From an uncultured delta proteobacterium (GTDB taxonomy: Bacteria > Desulfobacterota > Binatia > UBA9968), in the NCBI GenBank assembly GCA_963771465.1, contig CAVYTU010000014.1, positions 864,001 through 928,000 of the forward strand: 64,000 nt of DNA. The letters run 5' to 3'. The position numbers and the translations under genes are program-made. The notes beneath the pieces were generated by a model. The model was not told the origin of the DNA. It did not search any database and saw only the letters and a program-made list of their open reading frames with translations. Of the stretch, positions 29,821 to 38,712 are shown piece after piece (position 1 is the first letter of the stretch; each line of letters opens with the position of its first letter).

Positions 29821-30372
29821 ATGGAAAATCAAGCATTGAACGTCATTCATCCGTTTCCGGCAAAGCTCCGCTACGCCTCGATCCTACGCTGTCTCGGTCA
29901 AGCCTTGGCGGCGATGGATTTAAAGGCAGTTGAAATCAAACGGCATGGCGAGGACTTCATCGTCCAGGCATGGAACCGGGGCACGTCGATGGCGATGGAT
30001 GTGGACAAGCATTATAGCATCGAAGACATCCGTAGGATGGATATTGCGGCGCGGGCGCAGCGCAGGCCTTATTTAGGGCCGCCGGACCTTTTGAGCCTTT
30101 CGCAGGTGTTGCGACTGGCCGGCAACTATGTCGACCGGATGAGCGGCCGATTATTACGAGTTTCGTGGCAAGATCAGTCCGATAAAATCCAATCGGTCAC
30201 GGTGCAGTGGGAGTCGATTACCGGCGCGCCTGAAACGAAAGAAACCAAGGCAACGACAGTCGAAGAACTGTGCATTCACATCTACAAACAGCGCAAGAAG
30301 ATCAATCGATCGTCGGAGAAAGAAGCGCACCGGCCGTTTGTCAGCGTCGGCAGGGTTGGCCAACAGTCGTGA
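29821..30372 (+). CDS. Hypothetical protein with a weak internal repeat
   Basis: C-terminal part of ORF 29662..30372; repeat-like segments YASILRCLGQAL and LSQVLRLAGNYV; start chosen downstream of the sigma54 motif. Confidence 0.7.
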   Translation: MENQALNVIHPFPAKLRYASILRCLGQALAAMDLKAVEIKRHGEDFIVQAWNRGTSMAMDVDKHYSIEDIRRMDIAARAQRRPYLGPPDLLSLSQVLRLAGNYVDRMSGRLLRVSWQDQSDKIQSVTVQWESITGAPETKETKATTVEELCIHIYKQRKKINRSSEKEAHRPFVSVGRVGQQS

Positions 30373-30420
30373 GTGCTGAGTTCTGAGTTGAGAGTCACGC
30401 CTCGTCCGCTTCTCACTCTC

Positions 30421-30447
30421 GTCATGCCGGCGCCATCCGGCATCCAG
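30421..30447. repeat. REP-like palindrome between convergent genes
   Basis: GTC-ATGCCGG-CGCCAT-CCGGCAT-CCAG, similar to GTCATGCC...GGCATCCA type REP elements; single copy in this window. Confidence 0.5.
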
Positions 30448-30466
30448 GTTTTGCGATTCGATAGGC

Positions 30467-32110
30467 TCAAGCCTGATACTTGACTTCGCCTCCCACCAAG
30501 GTCATCTCGACTTTTAGCTCTCTGATCTTCTCCGGCGCAATGGCAAAGGGATCGTCGGCGAGCACCGCGATGTCGGCGAGCTTGCCGATTTCTAACGTGC
30601 CCTTGTCGTTTTCTTCGAAGCCGACCCACGACGCCGTGGTGGTGTGCATGGCGAACGCTTCGCTGACCGTGATTTTCTCCTCCGGTATCCAGACCTCGCC
30701 CCAGCGCATCTTGCGCGAGGCGGCGGTGGCGATGTCTCGCAACGGATCCACCGGCCAGTAGCCCGGCGAATCCGAGCCGCCGGCGATGATCACGCCGTTC
30801 TTCAATAACGTGTGAAACGGAAACGCTTTGGTCAGCCGCCGCTCGCCGACGCAATCGAGAATCGCGTCGCCGATATAATAGGCGAAAGCGATGTTGGGAA
30901 TCGCGACGATACCGGAGCGCACCATGCGGTGAATCAATTTCGGCGTGGCCAGCCAGTTGCCCATATGCTCGATTCGATGACGGTGATCTTTGCGCGGTGA
31001 GTGTTCAATGGCATTCTCATAAGCGTCGAGGGCCATGTCGAAGGCTTTGTCGCCGATGGCGTGCACGCAGCAGCGCAGGCCGGCGTCGTGGCAAACCTGC
31101 ACGGTGTGATTCAATTCGTCTTGCTGAATTCTAATAATGCCATGATTGTGCTCGTCGTTTTCATAGGGCTCATGAAAGCAGGCGTTACGTCCGGTGATAC
31201 CGCCGTCGATGCTCATCTTGACGCCGCCGATGCGCAGCCAGTCGTTGCCGAAGCCGGTAATGAGGCCGAGCTCGGTCAAACTCTTGGTTTCGATCATCGA
31301 CTCGATCACCCGCGGCAAGATGCTCACGCGCGCGTGCATGCGGCCTTCCTTGTAGATTTCCTGATAGGCGCGCACCGGTTCGGCGTAGCGGACGATGTCG
31401 TGCACCGTCGTCACGCCCCGTTGGAGGCATTGATTGAGAGCGAAGACGATGCCGTCTTTGAGCTGCAGGTAATTGAACTCCGGCGCGACTTTTCGAAGAA
31501 TCAGCTGGGCGCGCTCGTGCAGCTCGCCGGTGGGCTCGCCGGTTTGCGGGTCATGTTTAATGTGACCGCCGGCCGGGTCGGGCGTGTCGCGGGTGATTTT
31601 GCCGGCGGCGAGCGCCGCTGTGTTGCCGATGGTGACGTGGGCGCCGAATGAGATCGACAGGGGATGGTCCGGCACGGCACGGTCGAGATCATGGCGGTCG
31701 GGAAAGCGATGATCGTCGATGCGAAAATCTTGCATCGGACTGCCGTGGGCGACGATCCACGAACCTTTTGGCGCGCTGGCCGCGGCATTAGCAAGCCGCT
31801 GCAGTATATCCGCCACCGAATGCACGTCGACATAAAAGTCGCGGCAGTCGACCAGTTCCATCTCCGCCGTGCCTTTCTCCGAAAGATGCACATGGGTGTC
31901 AGTCAAGCCGGGGATCGCGGTGCGCCCTTTGAGATCGATCATTTGAGTATCGGCGCCGGCGAGCCGACGAACATCGTCGGATTTACCCGTCGCAACAATG
32001 CGCGAAGCCGAGCTGGCGAGGGCTTCGCAGGTTGAGTTGTCATTGGCAAAAGTGCGGATTTTGCCGTTGTAAAGGATGGTTTCGGGATAAGGCAGCGGAC
32101 GGGATTTCAT
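30467..32110 (-). CDS. Amidohydrolase family 3 (YtcJ-like)
   Basis: PGLTDTHVH, KMSIDG, VHAIGD, RHRIEH, GGSDSP, GTLEIGKLAD; AAGGAGG RBS before ATG 32110. Confidence 0.92.
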   Translation of the reverse strand: MKSRPLPYPETILYNGKIRTFANDNSTCEALASSASRIVATGKSDDVRRLAGADTQMIDLKGRTAIPGLTDTHVHLSEKGTAEMELVDCRDFYVDVHSVADILQRLANAAASAPKGSWIVAHGSPMQDFRIDDHRFPDRHDLDRAVPDHPLSISFGAHVTIGNTAALAAGKITRDTPDPAGGHIKHDPQTGEPTGELHERAQLILRKVAPEFNYLQLKDGIVFALNQCLQRGVTTVHDIVRYAEPVRAYQEIYKEGRMHARVSILPRVIESMIETKSLTELGLITGFGNDWLRIGGVKMSIDGGITGRNACFHEPYENDEHNHGIIRIQQDELNHTVQVCHDAGLRCCVHAIGDKAFDMALDAYENAIEHSPRKDHRHRIEHMGNWLATPKLIHRMVRSGIVAIPNIAFAYYIGDAILDCVGERRLTKAFPFHTLLKNGVIIAGGSDSPGYWPVDPLRDIATAASRKMRWGEVWIPEEKITVSEAFAMHTTTASWVGFEENDKGTLEIGKLADIAVLADDPFAIAPEKIRELKVEMTLVGGEVKYQA

Positions 32111-32201
32111 CGGTGGTGTCCTCCTTGTTCCATCGGCACTCATAGGCTATAGGTTGCTTCGTTTGGTGAAGTCAACAGCCCGAGTAGCGGAGGATTGCAT
32201 C

Positions 32202-33050
32202 ATGGCCCAGCAAGTTTTTCACTGGCCCAACAACGCCCGTGTGGCGTTCGTGCTCGGCATCGCCTTTGAGTGTTGGGATCGCAACAAGCCGTCGCGCGGC
32301 GGCGCGCTGCAGGCGCCGCTGCCGGCTAATGCGCTGTGCAAGCGCGATTATTCCACTGAAACGTTTCGCGACTTCGGCGGCAAGCTCGGCGTCAAGCGCT
32401 TGCTCGATATCTGCGACAAGCATGAGCTAAAAGTCAGCCTGCCGATCAATGGACTGACCTGCGAGTATTGGCCCGAGCTGGTGAAATACGCCCACGGCCG
32501 CGGCCATGAGCTGGTGGCCCACGGTTGGGACCAAGGCGAGTATCTTTACATGCTGACGCGCGAGCAGGAGCGCGACAATATTTTCAAGACCGTCGAAACG
32601 ATTACCAACCTCACCGGTGAACGTCCGACCGGCTGGTCTTCGCCCGGCGTGCGTTCCACCGACAACACGTTGGAACTGAATCTCGAGGCGGGATTGCTAT
32701 ACAACTGCGACTATCACGATGACGAAATGCCCTATGCGAAAAAAATCGGCGATAAGACGCTGATCATGATCCCGCACCAGTACACGATCAACGATCACCG
32801 CATGCAGGAAGAGGGCACGCGCCATGATTTTTTCGAGAAATTCAAAGACGAGTTCGATTACCGCTACGCCATCGGCGACCGCGATCCGACGATGATGAAC
32901 GTCATCACACACGGCTATATCAGCTCGCGGGTACCCTACATCGACACGTTTGAAAAAATCATCGCCTACGCTAAGAGCCACAAGGACGTATGGTTTGCCC
33001 GGCGCGGCGACATCGCCGCGTGGGCGCGCAAGTATTACGAATCGCAATAA
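32202..33050 (+). CDS. Polysaccharide deacetylase family protein (PuuE allantoinase-like)
   Basis: WPNNARVA, GHELVAHGW, GERPTGWSSPG, DDEMPY, DVWFARRGDIA; GGAGG RBS. Confidence 0.88.
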   Translation: MAQQVFHWPNNARVAFVLGIAFECWDRNKPSRGGALQAPLPANALCKRDYSTETFRDFGGKLGVKRLLDICDKHELKVSLPINGLTCEYWPELVKYAHGRGHELVAHGWDQGEYLYMLTREQERDNIFKTVETITNLTGERPTGWSSPGVRSTDNTLELNLEAGLLYNCDYHDDEMPYAKKIGDKTLIMIPHQYTINDHRMQEEGTRHDFFEKFKDEFDYRYAIGDRDPTMMNVITHGYISSRVPYIDTFEKIIAYAKSHKDVWFARRGDIAAWARKYYESQ

Positions 33051-33113
33051 CAGAGTTAGGCAAGTCTGAGACGACTGAGTCCAGTGAACCCTGAACTTTG
33101 AACACGAATAGAT

Positions 33114-33326
33114 TTAGTTGACTGAACAGCTAATCGTGGCTTCGCGACAAAGTTGCATCAATTCGAGATCCACCGCGCCGCACGCGGGACAGAGTTGCAC
33201 CAGCGAACTGAATTCTCGATCCGATTCAATAGCCATCGTCAGTGGCTTAATCAGAAGTTCCTCGCAGATTTCGCAGATAAACGGTTTTCGCGCTGGTTCG
33301 AAGAGAAGCATGAGATTTGCTTTCAT
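33114..33326 (-). CDS. Putative small zinc-ribbon protein
   Basis: CEIC ... CPACG pair in 70 aa; no clear RBS. Confidence 0.5.
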   Translation of the reverse strand: MKANLMLLFEPARKPFICEICEELLIKPLTMAIESDREFSSLVQLCPACGAVDLELMQLCREATISCSVN

Positions 33327-33333
33327 TGCATGT

Positions 33334-33370
33334 GCAAACCGCGGCTGGGAAACATCCAGCCGCGGTTTGC
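33334..33370 (-). terminator. Perfect 15-bp hairpin after the fasciclin gene
   Basis: GCAAACCGCGGCTGG-GAAACAT-CCAGCCGCGGTTTGC; no clear U-tract. Confidence 0.55.
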
Positions 33371-33381
33371 GTCGTTGAAGT

Positions 33382-33873
33382 TTAGTTAGGCAGAACCACT
33401 GAATCGATCACATGGATCACACCGTTGCTTGCCATGATATCGGTCGCCGTCACGCGGGCGCCGTCGACCATGACTTTGCCGTCTCGAGCGCTGATTTTGA
33501 GCGAGCGCCCGTTGATCGTCTTGGCGGAGTTTAGATTGACTACTTCGGCCGCGGTCACCCGGCTCGGCACGACGTGATAGGTCAGCACGGCGATCAACTT
33601 ATCCTTGTTCTCAGGCTTGAGCAGGTTTTCTACAGTGCCCGCAGGCAGCTTGCTGAAAGCCTCGTCGGTCGGCGCGAATACCGTCAGCGGTCCCTGACCT
33701 TTGAGCGCATCTACCAAGCCCGCAGCCTGAACCGCGGCGACGAGGGTTTTGAAGGACCCCGCTGAGACGGCGGTCTCAACGATGTCCTTGTCCGGCATCG
33801 ATTCGGCCTTCACCGAACCTGCCAAGCCTAACATTACAGCCAATACTCCTAATCCGATTTTGAAGACTCTCAT
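33382..33873 (-). CDS. Secreted fasciclin (FAS1) domain protein
   Basis: Signal peptide; [41 protein letters not shown]; AAGGAGG RBS. Confidence 0.96.
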   Translation of the reverse strand: MRVFKIGLGVLAVMLGLAGSVKAESMPDKDIVETAVSAGSFKTLVAAVQAAGLVDALKGQGPLTVFAPTDEAFSKLPAGTVENLLKPENKDKLIAVLTYHVVPSRVTAAEVVNLNSAKTINGRSLKISARDGKVMVDGARVTATDIMASNGVIHVIDSVVLPN

Positions 33874-33921
33874 TTTTTTCCTCCTTTTTTAATTTTTTTT
33901 GAATCTTCGGAAGAGCGTTAG

Positions 33922-33937
33922 AGCAACAGCGGGGCCA
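33922..33937 (-). promoter_or_regulatory. sigma54 (-24/-12) promoter for the fasciclin gene
   Basis: Minus strand TGGCCCCGCTGTTGCT has GG and TTGC at the correct spacing, about 50 nt upstream of the ATG and next to a sigma54 activator gene. Confidence 0.7.
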
Positions 33938-34021
33938 GGTGCGGCTGCGACCGCCATTCGGCGATTTTCACTAGCGTTTACAGTTCACCGAGCAATGGCA
34001 AAGAATCTTCGCAAACGATCA

Positions 34022-34082
34022 TGAGACACTGAAGTGTCTCAACACCGTCTCAAGGCCGTCTCAGCTGAGACAGCCTTGAGAC
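34022..34082. promoter_or_regulatory. TGAGAC/GTCTCA palindrome cluster, candidate upstream activator sequence
   Basis: TGAGACACT-GA-AGTGTCTCA (34022-34041) and GTCTCAAGGC-C-GTCTCAGCTGAGAC-A-GCCTTGAGAC (34047-34082); six TGAGAC/GTCTCA half-sites 85-145 nt upstream of the -24 box. Confidence 0.65.
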
Positions 34083-35839
34083 TACTTGTCTTCGGGATTG
34101 ATATTGAGATCCGCCAATCGGCGGTAAAGCGTAGCGCGGCTGATGCCGAGACGCCGCGCTGCCAGCGCTCGGTTGCCGCGCGAACGGTTGAGTGCGTCGA
34201 GAAAGCGCGCCTTCTCATCGCTCAACGGATCACCGGCAATCGATCTGACAAAGGCCGCCGGCTTGACAATCTCGGGAGGCAAATCATCGGGCTGGATCAC
34301 CGCGTGGCCACAGTGAATCACGGCAAATTCAATGGCGCTTCTGAGCTCGCGCACATTTCCGGGCCAAGGATGGGCCATCAGGAGACGCACGGCCTCATGG
34401 CTCAATTCGGTGACCTGCTTGGCGCCGGCGGCGGAAAATTGGCCGAGAAACGAAGCGGCCAGCAGCGGAATGTCCTCGCGCCGCTCGCGCAGCGCCGGCA
34501 CCGCGATGCGCGCCACGCGAACGCGGTAAAACAGATCCGCGCGAAAATTGCCTTTGGTCACCTCGTCGCTCAAGCTACGGTGCGTCGCCGCCAGCAGTCG
34601 CACATCGATCTTGCGCGGGCGGGTTTCGCCCAGACGCACAATCTCGCGCTCCTGCAGGACGCGCAGCAGTTGATTCTGCACCGTCAACGGGATATCGCCG
34701 ATCTCATCCAACAGCAGAGTGCCGCCGTTTGCCGATTCGAAGAGCCCCTGTTGATCTTCGATGGCGCCGGTAAATGCGCCGCGTTTGTGACCGAAGAGCT
34801 GGCTGCTCAGGAGCGATTCCGTGAGCCCGGCGCAGTTCACCGCGACAAAGGGTTTGTCGCTGCGACGGCTGGCCGCATGGATGGCGTGGGCGACCAGCTC
34901 TTTTCCCGTGCCGGTTTCGCCTTCGATCAGCACCGTCGAATCGACGCGCGCGACGGCGCGAATCTGTTGATAGACCTGCTGCATCGCGGCGCTCTTGCCC
35001 AGAAGATCGTAAAATTGCGCCCGCTCATCGAGCAAGCGGCGCAAGTCATGAACGTCGGTCACGTCGTAAAGAAAAAAGATTTTACCGCGTGGGTCGCGCG
35101 GATCGTCTTTCACATCGACTTCGAGCCAAAGGCGCCGGCCGTCGGTTGCGTCCAAGTGCAGCGGGATGCGATTTCGCTCGGCCGTCGGCATCTCGATCAG
35201 CGCCCGCAGGTTGCGCGTATTTTCCGCATCTAGACCGAATAATTTTTGCCAGGGCAGCTTGGACGCGGCGCTCTCCGGCCGGCCAAAAAGTCGGCGCGCC
35301 ACCGCATTGAGAAATACCGCTTGGCCGTTTTCGTCGGTCATAACTGTGCCGATGCGCAATTCGTTGAGAATCGAACCGAGATCGTTGCGGCTTCGCTCCA
35401 CCTGGCGATACATTTCCAACAGTTGCTCCTCGGCCAGCTTGCGCGCGGTCACGTTCCTCTGGATTGATAAGAAATGAGTAATCTCGCCGCTGCCCGCGCG
35501 GATTGGCGTGATGTCCCATTCGACGTAGTATTCGGCGCCGTCCTTGCGATAGTTGACGGTCTCGCCGGAAAACGGCTCTCCTCGGCTGAGCGCGTCGCGC
35601 AAGCGCTGCAGCATGGCGCGATCGGACTTCGGCCCTTGGAGGATGCGCGGCGTTTTATGGAGGATCTCTTCCCGGCTGTAGCTGGTCATGTCGCATAGGG
35701 CAGGGTTGACGAACAGTATCTCCGGACCCGGCGGATCGAGCTGCGCCGAGGTAATCAGCACGGCCTCCTTCGCCTGATCGACAGCGACATCGAGCAGCCT
35801 CATGAGCTGCTCCGCTACGAGCAGCTGGGTTTCCGCCAT
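34082..35839 (-). CDS. sigma54-dependent activator, PAS(LOV-like)-PAS-AAA+-Fis HTH
   Basis: GETGTGKE Walker A, GAFTGA, LLDEIG, WPGNVREL, LGISRATLYRR; N-terminal YSREEILHKTPRILQGP...NYRKDG...IQRNVT. Confidence 0.95.
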   Translation of the reverse strand: MAETQLLVAEQLMRLLDVAVDQAKEAVLITSAQLDPPGPEILFVNPALCDMTSYSREEILHKTPRILQGPKSDRAMLQRLRDALSRGEPFSGETVNYRKDGAEYYVEWDITPIRAGSGEITHFLSIQRNVTARKLAEEQLLEMYRQVERSRNDLGSILNELRIGTVMTDENGQAVFLNAVARRLFGRPESAASKLPWQKLFGLDAENTRNLRALIEMPTAERNRIPLHLDATDGRRLWLEVDVKDDPRDPRGKIFFLYDVTDVHDLRRLLDERAQFYDLLGKSAAMQQVYQQIRAVARVDSTVLIEGETGTGKELVAHAIHAASRRSDKPFVAVNCAGLTESLLSSQLFGHKRGAFTGAIEDQQGLFESANGGTLLLDEIGDIPLTVQNQLLRVLQEREIVRLGETRPRKIDVRLLAATHRSLSDEVTKGNFRADLFYRVRVARIAVPALRERREDIPLLAASFLGQFSAAGAKQVTELSHEAVRLLMAHPWPGNVRELRSAIEFAVIHCGHAVIQPDDLPPEIVKPAAFVRSIAGDPLSDEKARFLDALNRSRGNRALAARRLGISRATLYRRLADLNINPEDK

Positions 35840-36104
35840 TACTTTAGCTCCTCGGCCCACGCGCCCGCCCGCTGACGATCAGCGCACTCTAAATAATGGA
35901 AAATTGATAAGGGATATTTCAAAGTTGCAGTGTCCCGTGTTCCGCCAATTGTGAATTGCTTGAAACGCGCTTGTCCATCACCGAATTTCGCCCAATCAAA
36001 ACGCAACCTATCTTCCGAGTCAAGCTGGCGTCTCGCCGGCTTTTTGACGACGGTCGGCGGCAGAGTTCGCCGACTTCGAATGCGCTTGGGGTGCTCCTCT
36101 CGGA

Positions 36105-37250
36105 TGGAGCCAGCGAGCCCATACCGCGAATTTTTCCCAGGGAGACACGGCCGAAAAAGTCGGCCCAAATGGTTTCCGCCAGGACCGCCGTGCCGCCCAT
36201 GCCGATGCCGTAGATAAAAAAACCGGCATAGAGCGGCGCCATGCCGGGCAGCGACAGCGCTATCAACAGGCCGGCGCCTTGCAGCGCGCATTTGGCCATG
36301 TTGAGGATGCCGTTATCCATGCGGTCGGCGAGCATGCCCCAGACAATCGGCGTGCTGAACTGCATGATCGCGATGATGCTCATCACCGAGGCGGCCACCA
36401 GAGTTGGATGGCCTTGATCGGTGACATAAGAAAACACATGGAGATTGAGTCCGGTGACGCCGATCTGGGCGACCCCGAAGGTGCTGGCGATGAGTCAGAA
36501 GACCGGCGTGCGCAGCGCCTCGCGCCGGCTCCACTCGACTTCGTCGGCGCCGGTGCGCTTGGCGTGGCGCGTTTTTTTTGGCGTTGCGACTTGGGCTTTC
36601 ACCCCCGCCGGTCCGCCGTCGGGCAGCAATCCCATTTCTTCGGGCGAGCGGCGCATAAACAGCAAGGCCGGGGCGACCACCAGAACCAGAGCAAAAACGC
36701 CGAAGACCACCCAAGCACCGCGCCAGCCGACGTAAAGCATTAAGGTCGCCGCCGCCACCGGCAGGCAGACTTTGGCCAAGCCATGGCCCATGCCGGCAAT
36801 CGCCAGGGCGCGGCCGCGCATGCGCACGAACCAGCGTGCGATCGACACATTGACCACCATGGAGCCCATGAGCGAATCACCCGGACTGATGAGCAGCCAA
36901 CGCACCAGCATGAACTGGATGAAACCCTGCGTTTGACCGAGGCAGATAAAGCCGGCGCCGGAAATCAAACCGCCGGCCGCCATCAGCCAACGTCCGCCGT
37001 AGCGGTCCATCAGCGTGCCGACCACGGGCGCTGCCGATGCGCCGATGAGAATCTCGCCGGAACGAATGAGCGAGAACATACCGCGGGAAATGCCGAGGTC
37101 GGCGGACAACGGTTTGAGAAATACGCTCAGCGTGCTGGAGATCGAAAATGCCGAAGCGATGTGGGCGAGAAAGCCGACGACGACGATCACCCAGCCGTAA
37201 TAGAGAGACTTTCTTTTCGCCGGTTGTTCGAGCAGAGGAGCAACGGACAT
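36105..37250 (-). pseudogene. MFS transporter pseudogene (nonsense codon and 3' truncation)
   Basis: YYGWVIV start. In-frame TGA at 36495-36497 where Trp is expected (TPVF*LIAST). The frame continues to ADFFGRVSLGKIRGMG and then loses MFS character, so the last TM helices are missing. Confidence 0.82.
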
Positions 37251-37395
37251 CTCTAGTTTGTAGCAAGGATCGCTGCGAAACTACAACGCGCGAAGCCGAA
37301 GCGTTGCACGTCATGGGAATGAACTCAAGATTATAACGACTGTCATGCTTCGATCTTGAGAATCATCGGCAGTGGCGTCATAGTCCTGGAAAACA

Positions 37396-38568
37396 GTGAA
37401 GCCCAAGGAGACGATCGCTGTGGTCCATACTATCGGATGCCTCGCGAGAATTTTTTCGTTGGCGCTGTTCTTAATCACAGCGACTTCTCACTCGGGAACC
37501 GCAGCGGGCTGGCAAGAAGAATGGCAAGCGACCGTCCAGGCTGCAAAACGGGAAGGCCAGCTTACTATCTACGTCAGCGGCTACGGCGCAACTCTCGATG
37601 CCGGTCATTTCCAAAAAGACTTTCCTGAGATCAAGCTTGTCACGGTTACAGGGCAATCCGGCCAATTGGGCCCGCGTATTTTAGCCGAGCGGAGAGCGGG
37701 AAAATATCTCGCCGATATCTCGAGCGCGGGCGCGAACCCCAACTACCAGCTTCTTTATGCGTCCAAGATGCTGGAGCCGATTTCGTCCGCGTTGATTCTC
37801 CCCGAGGTCACCGACACATCAAAATGGTGGGGCGGAAAACACTGGTACATCGATCCCGAAGGGCAATACATCTTTGTCTACGTGGGCAACGTGACCGGCA
37901 CCGGCGCCTACGCGGTGAATGCTGTGAACCCCGCCGAATTCAAATCCTACTGGGATTTTCTCAATCCAAAATGGAAGGGAAAAATCGTCGCCCGCGACGT
38001 CAGGATCGCCGGTCCAGGCGGCGATAACATGCGCTTCTTCTACCATCATCCGGAACTCGGCCCGAAGTTCATCCACCGCCTCTTTAGCGAAATGGATTTG
38101 ACCTTGACGCGGGATTTCCGCCAGGGGATCGACTGGCTGGGGCAGGGAAAGTTTCCTCTGGCGATTTTTTTCTCAGGCTCGGACGTCAAAGCGGCCGCGC
38201 GCCAGGGACTGCCCGTAGACGTTATCGACAACAGCCCCTTCAAAGAAGGCGTGCCCCTGGGAGTCGGTTTCGGCACCCTGAGCCTTTTAAAAAACGCGCC
38301 CCATCCCAACGCCGCCAAAGTTTTCATCAACTGGTATCTCTCGCGAAAGGCGCAGACCGCGCTGCAGAAGGACATGACCAAGGTCGCCGACGCACCGGAC
38401 TCTCTCAGGATCGACATTCCGAAGGACGACGTCGCACCCAACAACCGAAGATTCGAAGGGGTGAATTATACGACGGTCTTTCGCTCCGAATGGACGGACA
38501 TGAAGCCCATTTACGCGGTCGTTAACGAAGCCTTAGCTGAAGCCGAGAAGAAAAAGAGCGGCAAGTAA
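37396..38568 (+). CDS. ABC extracellular solute-binding protein (Fe(III)-like family)
   Basis: AAKREGQLTIY, RILAERRAGKYLAD, SYWDFLNPKWKGKI, NAPHPNAAKVFINWYLS. Start uncertain. Confidence 0.88.
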   Translation: MKPKETIAVVHTIGCLARIFSLALFLITATSHSGTAAGWQEEWQATVQAAKREGQLTIYVSGYGATLDAGHFQKDFPEIKLVTVTGQSGQLGPRILAERRAGKYLADISSAGANPNYQLLYASKMLEPISSALILPEVTDTSKWWGGKHWYIDPEGQYIFVYVGNVTGTGAYAVNAVNPAEFKSYWDFLNPKWKGKIVARDVRIAGPGGDNMRFFYHHPELGPKFIHRLFSEMDLTLTRDFRQGIDWLGQGKFPLAIFFSGSDVKAAARQGLPVDVIDNSPFKEGVPLGVGFGTLSLLKNAPHPNAAKVFINWYLSRKAQTALQKDMTKVADAPDSLRIDIPKDDVAPNNRRFEGVNYTTVFRSEWTDMKPIYAVVNEALAEAEKKKSGK

Positions 38569-38712
38569 AGTCAAAAATAAATCGTGACCCATCGGTTTTC
38601 GACGTTCAAAAACTTGGCCATCGTTGACGTTGTGAAGTAGATCGGGTTATACCCGAGCCCGGGCATTGCGAGTGCTTGAAGCGCGAAATAATTCACCTGT
38701 GAGGTAAGCGAT

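Noticed and set aside
34034-35233. 399-aa plus-strand ORF
   Set aside because: Antisense shadow of the sigma54 activator gene; no recognisable motifs.
36495-36497. In-frame TGA as selenocysteine or genetic-code reassignment
   Set aside because: The position expects Trp, other genes use TGG for Trp and TGA as stop, and the gene is also 3'-truncated; a nonsense mutation is simpler.
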